A DNA stretch of 26,770 nucleotides, taken from NCBI GenBank assembly GCA_040256005.1, contig JBDZWC010000029.1, forward strand, positions 1 to 26,770, written 5' to 3'. Numbering within the stretch: position 1 is the first letter of the stretch; each line of letters starts with the position of its first letter. The DNA comes from Deinococcaceae bacterium. Lineage in GTDB: Bacteria > Deinococcota > Deinococci > Deinococcales > Trueperaceae. The notes below the pieces were generated by a model. It had not been told where the DNA came from, did no database searches, and was given only the letters and a program-made list of their open reading frames with translations. This document shows positions 8,029 through 15,458 of the stretch, one piece after another. The translations under genes were made by a program, and so were the position numbers.

Positions 8029-9240
8029 ACCGAAGTCCAGCTTGCTCTGTACCTCGGGATGCGCGGAGATGGAGAACCAGCGGCGCTCGTGGTCGAGCAG
8101 CCACTGCTTCCTGGGCACGCCGCCGCCGTAGCCGCCCAGCTCGCCGTTGGCGTTCACGACCCGGTGGCAAGGGATCACCAGGGCCAACTGGTTGGCCCCG
8201 TTGGCCTGGGCCACCGCCCGGAAGGCGGTGGGCCTGCCGATCCTCGCGGCCAGCTCCCCGTATGAGATCGTCGTCCCCGGCGGTATCCGACCCAGCTCGC
8301 GCCACACGCTGCGTTGGAACGCGCTGCCAATGGGCTCCAGCGGCGTATCGAACGTGGACCGCTCGCCGGCGAAGTACTCGTGGAGTTCGGCCTCGATGCG
8401 GTCGGTCACCACCGTCCGTCCGGGGATTATGGCCGTCCTGGCTTGCAACCGCCGCAGCTCGGTCTCCAGCCCACGGCGCTCCACGAACTCCAGCAGGAGC
8501 AACGCGTCGTCGTCGGCGATGGCCAACATGGGCCCGAGTGGCGAGTCCAGCCACGAGGCGTATACGGCGCGAGCGTCCGGCGCGCTGGGTGCTGTCCCGA
8601 TGATGCGGTTGAACGCGGACCTGAACCCGCTGTCCGATTCGTACCCGGTGTCGAGCTGGGCGTCTATCACGCTGCCTCCGTTGCGGATGCGCTCCAGGGC
8701 CATGCCCATGCGCCGCGCCCTGGCGTACTCCATGAACGTCATGCCGAACCGTCGTTTGAACTGCCTGCGCGCGGTGGATACGTCTACGCCCAACGCCCGG
8801 AAGTCCCGGTCGCGCCAGCGTCGCTCCGGCTCGCGCTCGACGGCCTGCACCAGGCGGGCGACGACCTCTGGCATGTCGTTGGGGTGCGACAGCGGCCGGC
8901 AGCGCTTGCAGGGACGGAACGACGCGTGTAGCGCCTCCTTGGCCGTCCGGAAGAACTCGCAGTTCTCGTAGCGCGGCTTGCGGGCAGGGCAGGTGGGGCG
9001 ACAGAAGACGCCGGTGGTCGTCACGCCCACGTAGAACACGCCGTCGTACTCCGTATCGCGCTCTAGCAGGGCGCGGTAGTAGCGCCTGGCGGCGCCAGCG
9101 TCGACGCGCGTGCCGACCTTCACGCCTGGCACCTTGGCCGCACCTGTGCTCGCCCTCGTCGCGGCAGCCGGGCGTCTGTCAGGAGCCGGGGGTTCCATCG
9201 AACGCCCGGCCGCGGTGCTTCTCGTCACGCTCTCGATCAT
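8026..9240 (-). CDS. ada: Bifunctional transcriptional activator / O6-methylguanine-DNA methyltransferase Ada
   Basis: Zn domain TTGVFCRPTC...FRPCKRCRP, AraC-type HTH (RQFKRRFGMT, GYESDSGFRSAF) and MGMT domain with IPCHRV active site; GAGGTGA RBS. Confidence 0.94.
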   Translation of the reverse strand: MIESVTRSTAAGRSMEPPAPDRRPAAATRASTGAAKVPGVKVGTRVDAGAARRYYRALLERDTEYDGVFYVGVTTTGVFCRPTCPARKPRYENCEFFRTAKEALHASFRPCKRCRPLSHPNDMPEVVARLVQAVEREPERRWRDRDFRALGVDVSTARRQFKRRFGMTFMEYARARRMGMALERIRNGGSVIDAQLDTGYESDSGFRSAFNRIIGTAPSAPDARAVYASWLDSPLGPMLAIADDDALLLLEFVERRGLETELRRLQARTAIIPGRTVVTDRIEAELHEYFAGERSTFDTPLEPIGSAFQRSVWRELGRIPPGTTISYGELAARIGRPTAFRAVAQANGANQLALVIPCHRVVNANGELGGYGGGVPRKQWLLDHERRWFSISAHPEVQSKLDFG

Positions 9241-9392
9241 GGCTCACCTCACCGGTCGTGGAGCGTACCTGGCGCTCGCCGAGGTCCGCCGACGATTCCC
9301 AGGCAGCTATTTCCGACGAGCGAGCGCGGGCACAGCTCGATGGGTGTCGCCTGCCTCGGGCAGCGTCATGAACGGGTGTTACGCTCGTTCGA

Positions 9393-10445
9393 GTGCCGCG
9401 AACCCTCTCCGTGAGCGACCTACGGGCACCCGCCGCGCCCGCCGCGCGCGACCTGAGGCCACCCAAGCGCTTCGCCAACACCAGCTTCGAGAACTACCTG
9501 CCGCAGCACCCGACGCAGAGTCAGGCGCGCGAGAGGGTGAGAGAGTTCGTCGCCACCAGACGCCGCGCCAACGGCAGGCCCAACCCCGTTCTCGGCTGGT
9601 TCGCTAGACGGCAGGAGCCGGGCCGCGGCCTGTACCTGGACGGCGGTTTCGGCGTCGGCAAGACCCACCTGCTGGCCGCGGCCTACGCCGAGGCCGACAC
9701 GCCCGAGAAGCGCTACCTCAGCTTCCAGCAGCTCGTCTACGTGATCGGCGCGATGGGCATGGCGGCCGCCAAAGAGGAGTTCGCCACCACCGAGCTTCTG
9801 TGCATCGACGAGTTCGAGCTCGACGACCCTGGCAACACCCTCATCGTCAAGACCTTCCTGGCCGCCGCGTTCGAGCGCGGCACGCGCGTCGTGACCACGT
9901 CCAACACGCCGCCCGAGGCCCAGGGCAGGGGGCGCTTCAACGCCGAGGACTTCAGGCGCGAGATCCAGTCTCTGAGCCAGGGTTTCGAGGTCGTCCCGGT
10001 GGACGGGCCTGACTTCAGGTCGAGGCACGCCGGTGGCGAGTGGCTCACCGAGAGACGACTTCTCGACCTGGAGGCGTCAGAGCCTTCGCCGGCACCGCGC
10101 CTGTCGCTCACTTGGGATGAGCTGTTCGCGACGCTGAGGGAGCATCACCCGAGCCGCATAGGCGGGCTCCTGGAGCAGGTGGCGACGGTCTACCTGCACG
10201 GCGCCCGCACGATCCCCGACCAGAACGACGCGCTGAGGTTCGTGCACTTCGTCGACCAGCTCTACGACCGCGCGCTCCTGCTCAGGGCCTCGGGTGACGG
10301 ACCGATCGTCGAGGTGTTCGACCCCAACTACCGGGAGAGCGCCTACGCGAAGAAGCACCATCGCTGCGCGTCTCGCCTGACCGAGCTCCTCGACGAGCCC
10401 GCACAGCCGGGACGGGATCACGAGGTCGCGGCACTGGCGAGCTGA
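9393..10445 (+). CDS. zapE: AFG1/ZapE-family ATPase
   Basis: GLYLDGGFGVGKTHL (Walker A), LCIDEFELDDPGNT (Walker B), TSNTPP, RFVHFVDQLYD; leaderless TGtTACGCT-N7-GTG. Confidence 0.88.
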   Translation: MPRTLSVSDLRAPAAPAARDLRPPKRFANTSFENYLPQHPTQSQARERVREFVATRRRANGRPNPVLGWFARRQEPGRGLYLDGGFGVGKTHLLAAAYAEADTPEKRYLSFQQLVYVIGAMGMAAAKEEFATTELLCIDEFELDDPGNTLIVKTFLAAAFERGTRVVTTSNTPPEAQGRGRFNAEDFRREIQSLSQGFEVVPVDGPDFRSRHAGGEWLTERRLLDLEASEPSPAPRLSLTWDELFATLREHHPSRIGGLLEQVATVYLHGARTIPDQNDALRFVHFVDQLYDRALLLRASGDGPIVEVFDPNYRESAYAKKHHRCASRLTELLDEPAQPGRDHEVAALAS

Positions 10446-11596
10446 CCGGCCCCGAGCCAGGCAGCTAGGTCCTCGGCCAGGGCCCGGCTCGCTCCGGGGC
10501 CACCCATGCGCTCCACGCCCGTCCGCCTGGCTCTCTCCCTCACCCCTGCGTCGGTCAGGGCGAGCCTCAGCATGGCGGCGATGCGCTCCGGCTCGGCCTC
10601 GGTGGTGAGGAGCGCGCCTTCCAGCAGGCGCTTCTGGTTGCGCATGTACGGCTCACCGTAGAAGGGCGGCACCGGGAACGCGACGACGGGCAACCCCAAG
10701 CCGACCGCTTGCTCGTTCGCCGTCCCCGCCGTGCCGATGACGGCGTCGGCCGCCGCCAGCACGGAAGCGAACCGGTCCCGCGTCCACCATAGTCGTGCTT
10801 CTCCTTGGCGCCAGGCTGCCAGTACGCCCGGCACGCGGGCGTCCTCGGCCTCCCATCCTTCGGGCCTGGACGGTACACGGTCCGCGGTCCACGCGACGAG
10901 CCCCACCACCGGCGCTGACAGGGACAGTGCCAGGCGCATCAGCTCTACGCTCCGTTCTGCCTGGCCCCTCGAGCCAGGCAGCAGCGCCACTACCGGCGCC
11001 CTGACGTCGTCGCCGGCCACGAGGGGCGGGGCGGCCAGGCCGTCCATCATCGGGTTACCCAGGTGAGCGGCCCTCACGCCCGCTCGCGTCAGTAGCCGAG
11101 CGGTGGCCGCATCCCGCGCGTACACCTTGTCCGCCCGCCGCATCAGCCACAGCTCCGGGGCCCTGAAGCCCTCCATGAAGTAGCGCAGGACCGCGGGCCC
11201 GCCCCCCGCGTGATGGGCCGACACCAGCGTCTGGAGCACGCGCCTGGGTGCCGGGACCAACGCAGCCTGCGCCTGCGCGTACACGTCCCCGACGACGAAC
11301 ACCGCGTCCGGCTTCTGCCGCCTCAGGAACGCGGCCTGTCTGATCGTCAGGTCGAGCAGCCCGGCTCGCAGGTCACGCCACAGCACGCCTGGGGAATGCA
11401 TCGTGAAGCCGCCTGAGGGCATGGCGCGGCGCGGCCCCACCACATCGACGCCGGCAGCAGCGAGCTGATCTCCCGTCCCGACCAGCGGGAATGCGCTCGC
11501 GGAGACCTCCGGCGCGATAGCCGCCAGACGCTCCAGGACCCGCGCGGCGATGTAGTCCTCGCCGCGCCCGTTGCAGACGACGAGCAGGTGCGGCAC
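10418..11596 (-). CDS. Lipid-A-disaccharide-synthase-related protein (GT-B fold, TIGR03492-like)
   Basis: NGRGED, FPLVGTG, MPSGGF, VVGD, VYARD, GNPMMDGL, LLPGSR, AGTANEQAVGLGLP, ERMGGPGAS. Likely GTG start at 11596 just after the nadK stop; the track's 12133 start overlaps nadK. Confidence 0.8.
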   Translation of the reverse strand: MPHLLVVCNGRGEDYIAARVLERLAAIAPEVSASAFPLVGTGDQLAAAGVDVVGPRRAMPSGGFTMHSPGVLWRDLRAGLLDLTIRQAAFLRRQKPDAVFVVGDVYAQAQAALVPAPRRVLQTLVSAHHAGGGPAVLRYFMEGFRAPELWLMRRADKVYARDAATARLLTRAGVRAAHLGNPMMDGLAAPPLVAGDDVRAPVVALLPGSRGQAERSVELMRLALSLSAPVVGLVAWTADRVPSRPEGWEAEDARVPGVLAAWRQGEARLWWTRDRFASVLAAADAVIGTAGTANEQAVGLGLPVVAFPVPPFYGEPYMRNQKRLLEGALLTTEAEPERIAAMLRLALTDAGVRERARRTGVERMGGPGASRALAEDLAAWLGAGQLASAATS

Positions 11597-11604
11597 GCGG
11601 GCGC

Positions 11605-12504
11605 TTACTTCTCCTCCGTGAACAACCTCGGGCCGGCGCCCCAGCCGAGCTTGAGCCGCAGCACGTCGAACGCGCTGCGGGCGCCGGTCGACACCAGCGT
11701 CAGGCCCCGCGGCGCGGCGGTGATCAGGATCTCGTCGCCCACGCCGATGGGCACATGCTCCTGCCCGTCCACCACCAGGGCTATCTCGTCCGTGCGCGTG
11801 AGGATCTCGAGGCCGATGACGCAGTCCCCGGCCAGCACGATCGGGCGGTTCGTGAACGAGTGCGGCGCCACCGGCGTCACGACGAGCGCGTGCAGGCCAT
11901 GGTCGAGGATCGGTCCGCCAAGCGACAGCGAGTACGCCGTCGACCCGACGGGGGTACTCACGACCACGCCGTCGGCCCGGTACTCCGTGGCCGGCTTGCC
12001 GTCGACGCGCATCCTCACGCTGACGAGCCTCGTCATCACGCCCTGCGAGAGCATGACGTCGTTCAGCGCGTGGTACACGCCCGGCCGGCCGCGCACACGC
12101 ACCTCCAGCATCGTCTTCTCCTGCACGGGCCACGCCGGTCGCACCTCGCCGGCGGCGTAGGCCAGGGCCTCCTCGGCCCCGAACTCGGCCAGGAAGCCCA
12201 GCTTGCCCAGGTTCACTCCCAGAACAGGAACCCCGGACCCCACGGTGCGGCGGGCGGCAGCCAGCAGCGTGCCGTCGCCACCCACGGACAGGACCAGCTG
12301 CGCCTCTCGCAGCGCGTCATGGAGCGGCGCCTCGCCCGACAGGTCGAGGGCTACGTCAACCCCGTGGGCGGCCAGGTGGTCGGCGAGCTTCGTGGCGAGC
12401 GGGTGCGCCTCGGGCTTGTGCCGGGTACTGGTCACCACCGCGCCGGAGAGCGCCTCGGCGGGCAGCGTGAACCTGCGGGCCGGGGAGCGGTCGCGGGTCG
12501 CCAT
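11605..12504 (-). CDS. nadK: NAD(+)/NADH kinase
   Basis: SVGGDGTLL, GVNLGKLGFL, ALND, ADGVVVSTPVGSTAYSLSLGGPI, VDGQ; ATG coupled to the cmk stop (TGATG). Confidence 0.95.
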   Translation of the reverse strand: MATRDRSPARRFTLPAEALSGAVVTSTRHKPEAHPLATKLADHLAAHGVDVALDLSGEAPLHDALREAQLVLSVGGDGTLLAAARRTVGSGVPVLGVNLGKLGFLAEFGAEEALAYAAGEVRPAWPVQEKTMLEVRVRGRPGVYHALNDVMLSQGVMTRLVSVRMRVDGKPATEYRADGVVVSTPVGSTAYSLSLGGPILDHGLHALVVTPVAPHSFTNRPIVLAGDCVIGLEILTRTDEIALVVDGQEHVPIGVGDEILITAAPRGLTLVSTGARSAFDVLRLKLGWGAGPRLFTEEK

Positions 12505-13184
12505 CAAGCCGTGGCGGCGCTCAACCGTTCCGGCCAGCGGGCGGCGACCTTGAAGTAGATGAAGTCGACGACGGCCTCCAGCGACAGCGGGCCGGTGTCG
12601 AGGTGGATCGCGTCCGGTGCCGGCGCCGACTGCCTCTCGTCGCGCTCGTCGCGCAGCCTGATCGCCTCTGCCACGCTCTGTAGGTCGCTGGCGCGCTCCC
12701 CTACGCGGCGCTTCGCCCTTACCTCGGGCGAGGCCGTCAGGTAGAACTTCCAGCGGGCGTTCGGGAACACGGCCGTCCCCATGTCGCGGCCGTCGATGAC
12801 GAAGGGGCCTTTCAGCTCCTGAAGCCTGTCGGTGACCCAGTCTCGAACGCCGGGCTGGCGGGCTACCTCCGAGACGCGCTCGTCGATCTGGTCGGTGTGT
12901 AGCAGGTGCGCGACCTCGACGCCGTCCACGGTGAGCCTGTCGCGTTGCGCGTCCGGCAGCAGCCTGACGTCGTGCCTCTCGAGCATCGCCAGGAGCGACT
13001 CCTCGTCGCCGAGCGGCACGCCCTCGTCGAGCGCGATGAGGGCAGCCGCGCGGTAGAGCAGCCCGCTGGAGACGTAGGCGATGCCCAGCCGCGCCGCCAC
13101 CGCCTTGGCCGCGCTGGACTTGCCCGAGGCCGCGGGACCGTCGATCGTGATGATGGGCAGGGTCCCGTCCTCCATGGGCGTCAT
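12504..13184 (-). CDS. cmk: Cytidylate kinase
   Basis: ITIDGPAASGKSS, SSGLLYRA, VIDGRDMGTAVFP, KFYLTASPEVRAKRR, RDERD; ATG 13184 overlaps the aroA stop (ATGA). Confidence 0.95.
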   Translation of the reverse strand: MTPMEDGTLPIITIDGPAASGKSSAAKAVAARLGIAYVSSGLLYRAAALIALDEGVPLGDEESLLAMLERHDVRLLPDAQRDRLTVDGVEVAHLLHTDQIDERVSEVARQPGVRDWVTDRLQELKGPFVIDGRDMGTAVFPNARWKFYLTASPEVRAKRRVGERASDLQSVAEAIRLRDERDERQSAPAPDAIHLDTGPLSLEAVVDFIYFKVAARWPERLSAATA

Positions 13185-14482
13185 GATAGCCCCGCCCTCA
13201 GGAGCCCTAAGAGGTCGTCGAAGAAGCCGGGGTAGGTCTTGGAGACGCAGCTTGGGTCCTCGATCACCAGGCCTGGCAGGCGGGTGCCGGCCACGGCCAG
13301 AGCCATCGCCATCCGGTGGTCTCCGTAGGTGCGCAGCAGCGTCGGTGCGGCGGATGCGGCAGCGAGGGGCCAGACGGTGAGCGAGTCCTCGCCTTCCTCC
13401 ACCCTCGCCCCCAGGCGGGTGAGTTCCCGCGTCATCGCGCTCAGCCTGTCGGTCTCCTTCACCCGCATGTTCGCGACGTTCCGTATGCTCACCGGCTCGG
13501 CGGCGAAGAGGCCCACCACCGCCAACGTCTGCGCCTGGTCGGGCATGTCGTTGAGGTCGAACTGCCCTCCACGCAGGTCGCCTGGCGAGGGCCCCGTCAC
13601 CGTCACCGAGCCGGGCCGCCAGGTGACCCGGCAACCCATCCGCTCGAGGACCGCAGCCAGCCCGGCGTCGCCCTGCCGCGTGCCGGCGCCCAGGTTGGTG
13701 ATCGTCACCTCTCCGCCCGTGACGGCCGCCGCGGCCCAGAAGTAGCCGGCCGCCATGGCGTCGCCCTCGACCGCGTAGTCCCGGGCCGAGTAGGCGCCGG
13801 GCTGCAGCTCGAAGCGCCGGTAGCCGTCGCGCCGTACCGCCACGCCGAAGTGGCCCATGACATCGACGGTCATGTCGACGAAGGGCTTGGAGAGCAGCTC
13901 GCCATCCACCGTCACGACCAACGGTCCGGTCGCCAGCGGGGCAGCCATGAGCAGGCCGGAGAGGAACTGCGAGCTGACGTCGCCCCGCACCGCCACCTCG
14001 CCGCCGCTCAACCCCCGGGCCGTCAACGTGACGGGCGGCCGCCCGTTCACACCGCGAGCGTCCGCTCCCAACCCGTTGAGCGCGTCGAGGAGGTCCTGCA
14101 CCGGCCGCTCACGCATGCGGGCGTTGCCGTCCAGCACGTACTCGCCCTGGCCAGTCGCCAGGATGGCGGTGAGGAACCTCAGGCTAGTGCCGGACAGACG
14201 CAGGTCTAAGTGCGCGGACCGGGCCGGCAACGGGCCACCGACGCCCTCTACCCGCACGGTGCTGCCGTCCGTGTGCAACCGCACGCCCAGTACCCCCAGC
14301 GCCCGGATCATGACCTCGGAGTCCTCCGCCACCAGGGCGCCGGTCACGCGGGTGGTACCCGCGGCCAGGGCCGCCAGCGGCAGCGCCCTGTTCGTCAGGC
14401 TCTTGGACCCTGGCACGGCGAGGCTGCCGGAGACCTTCCCTTGCGGGCCGATGGGCAGGCTGTCGGGCAGGACCGCGTTCAC
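13181..14482 (-). CDS. aroA: 3-phosphoshikimate 1-carboxyvinyltransferase (EPSP synthase)
   Basis: VPGSKSLTNRAL, SGTSLRFL, RMRERP, SSQFLSGLLM, MRVKETDRL, TYGDHRMAMA, KTYPGFF; leaderless TATCCT-N6-GTG. Confidence 0.96.
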   Translation of the reverse strand: MNAVLPDSLPIGPQGKVSGSLAVPGSKSLTNRALPLAALAAGTTRVTGALVAEDSEVMIRALGVLGVRLHTDGSTVRVEGVGGPLPARSAHLDLRLSGTSLRFLTAILATGQGEYVLDGNARMRERPVQDLLDALNGLGADARGVNGRPPVTLTARGLSGGEVAVRGDVSSQFLSGLLMAAPLATGPLVVTVDGELLSKPFVDMTVDVMGHFGVAVRRDGYRRFELQPGAYSARDYAVEGDAMAAGYFWAAAAVTGGEVTITNLGAGTRQGDAGLAAVLERMGCRVTWRPGSVTVTGPSPGDLRGGQFDLNDMPDQAQTLAVVGLFAAEPVSIRNVANMRVKETDRLSAMTRELTRLGARVEEGEDSLTVWPLAAASAAPTLLRTYGDHRMAMALAVAGTRLPGLVIEDPSCVSKTYPGFFDDLLGLLRAGLS

Positions 14483-14532
14483 CCGGAGAGGATACGACGC
14501 TGCCAGCGAGCGGGCCGCGTTAGCCTGGAGAG

Positions 14533-14964
14533 GTGAGCGATACGCCCACCCTTACACCGCGCCTCACCAAGGTCGTCGAGGAGTTCTCCGGCGCCCCCAA
14601 GTCTTTGCGCCTCCCCTTGCTGCTGGAGTACGCGGGCAAGCTACCAGCGCCGCCCGACGGCATGGGCGAGCTCGAGCAGGTCCACGAGTGCCAGACACCC
14701 CTCTTCCTCAAGGCGATGGTCGAAGGGGACGGGACGGTAAGGCTTCACTTCGCGGCGCCCGAGGAGGCCCCCACCACCCGCGGCTTCGCGTCAGTGGTGC
14801 ACGCGGCCCTGGACGGGGCCCAGGTGGAGGAGGTCCTGGCGACCCCGGAGGACTTCTACACGCAGATGGGGCTGGCCGAGCTCATCTCCCCCCTGCGCCT
14901 CAGGGGCATGTCGGCGATCGTCACGCGCGTGAAGCGCCAGGTGCGCGAGCAGGCGGCGGCCTGA
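14533..14964 (+). CDS. sufE: SufE-family sulfur-acceptor protein
   Basis: LLLEYAGKLP, VHECQTP (conserved Cys), EAPTTRGFA, LISPLRLRGM; leaderless TAGCCT-N6-GTG. Confidence 0.88.
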   Translation: MSDTPTLTPRLTKVVEEFSGAPKSLRLPLLLEYAGKLPAPPDGMGELEQVHECQTPLFLKAMVEGDGTVRLHFAAPEEAPTTRGFASVVHAALDGAQVEEVLATPEDFYTQMGLAELISPLRLRGMSAIVTRVKRQVREQAAA

Positions 14965-15012
14965 CCGGCTGTTCGCGGGTCGCGTCACCCGTGGTTCTAG
15001 AGCGCCCCGACG

Positions 15013-15021
15013 TGCTAACAT
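15013..15021 (+). promoter_or_regulatory. Extended -10 promoter (TGcTAACAT) for rpmE
   Basis: TGnTANNNT match about 137 nt upstream of the rpmE ATG; an identical motif lies upstream of rpoZ. Confidence 0.55.
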
Positions 15022-15157
15022 CTCGCGGGCTCGAGCGGCGCCAAGCGCCCGCCCGTGGCCAGATGAGGCAGCGGGCCAGGCCCACGAGAGAAGCTCAAGC
15101 AAGTTGACGCCCCAGCGCGACCGCAGGCGGTCAGGGGCGCGCGAGGGAGCGAGGCAG

Positions 15158-15379
15158 ATGAAGAAGGGCATACACCCCAAGATGGTCGCCACCAAGGTGA
15201 TCTGCGACGGCGAGGTCGTCATGGAGACGTACAGCACGAAGCCCGAGCTGCACGTCGACGTGTGGTCAGGCAACCACCCGTTCTACACGGGCGAGCAGCG
15301 GTTCATCGACACCGAGGGGCGCGTCGAGAAGTTCCAGAAGCGCTTCGGCGACAGCTACCGCAGGCAAGCCAAGAAGTAA
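15158..15379 (+). CDS. rpmE: 50S ribosomal protein L31
   Basis: MKKGIHPK...STKPELHVDVWSGNHPFYTGEQRFIDTEGRVEKFQKRFG; ATG 15158 with GAGG RBS. Confidence 0.96.
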   Translation: MKKGIHPKMVATKVICDGEVVMETYSTKPELHVDVWSGNHPFYTGEQRFIDTEGRVEKFQKRFGDSYRRQAKK

Positions 15380-15419
15380 CCGCCTGCGCCCCTAGCGGCG
15401 CGGCAGGTGAAGGAGCAAC

Positions 15420-15449
15420 GGGCCCGGCGCATGCGCGCTGGGCCCTTCT
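15420..15449 (+). terminator. Intrinsic terminator after rpmE, possibly bidirectional
   Basis: 11-bp stem GGGCCCGGCGC-atgc-GCGCTGGGCCC followed by TTCT, between convergent genes. Confidence 0.7.
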
Positions 15450-15458
15450 CGTCGTCGC

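Noticed and set aside
11597..12133. N-terminal extension of the LpxB-like ORF overlapping nadK
   Set aside because: Arg/Gly/Pro-rich off-frame translation of nadK; family motifs start after GTG 11596.
13185..13634. Long N-terminal extension of cmk or an aroA-cmk fusion
   Set aside because: aroA has its own stop and cmk starts at an ATGA overlap in another frame; the extension is off-frame aroA.
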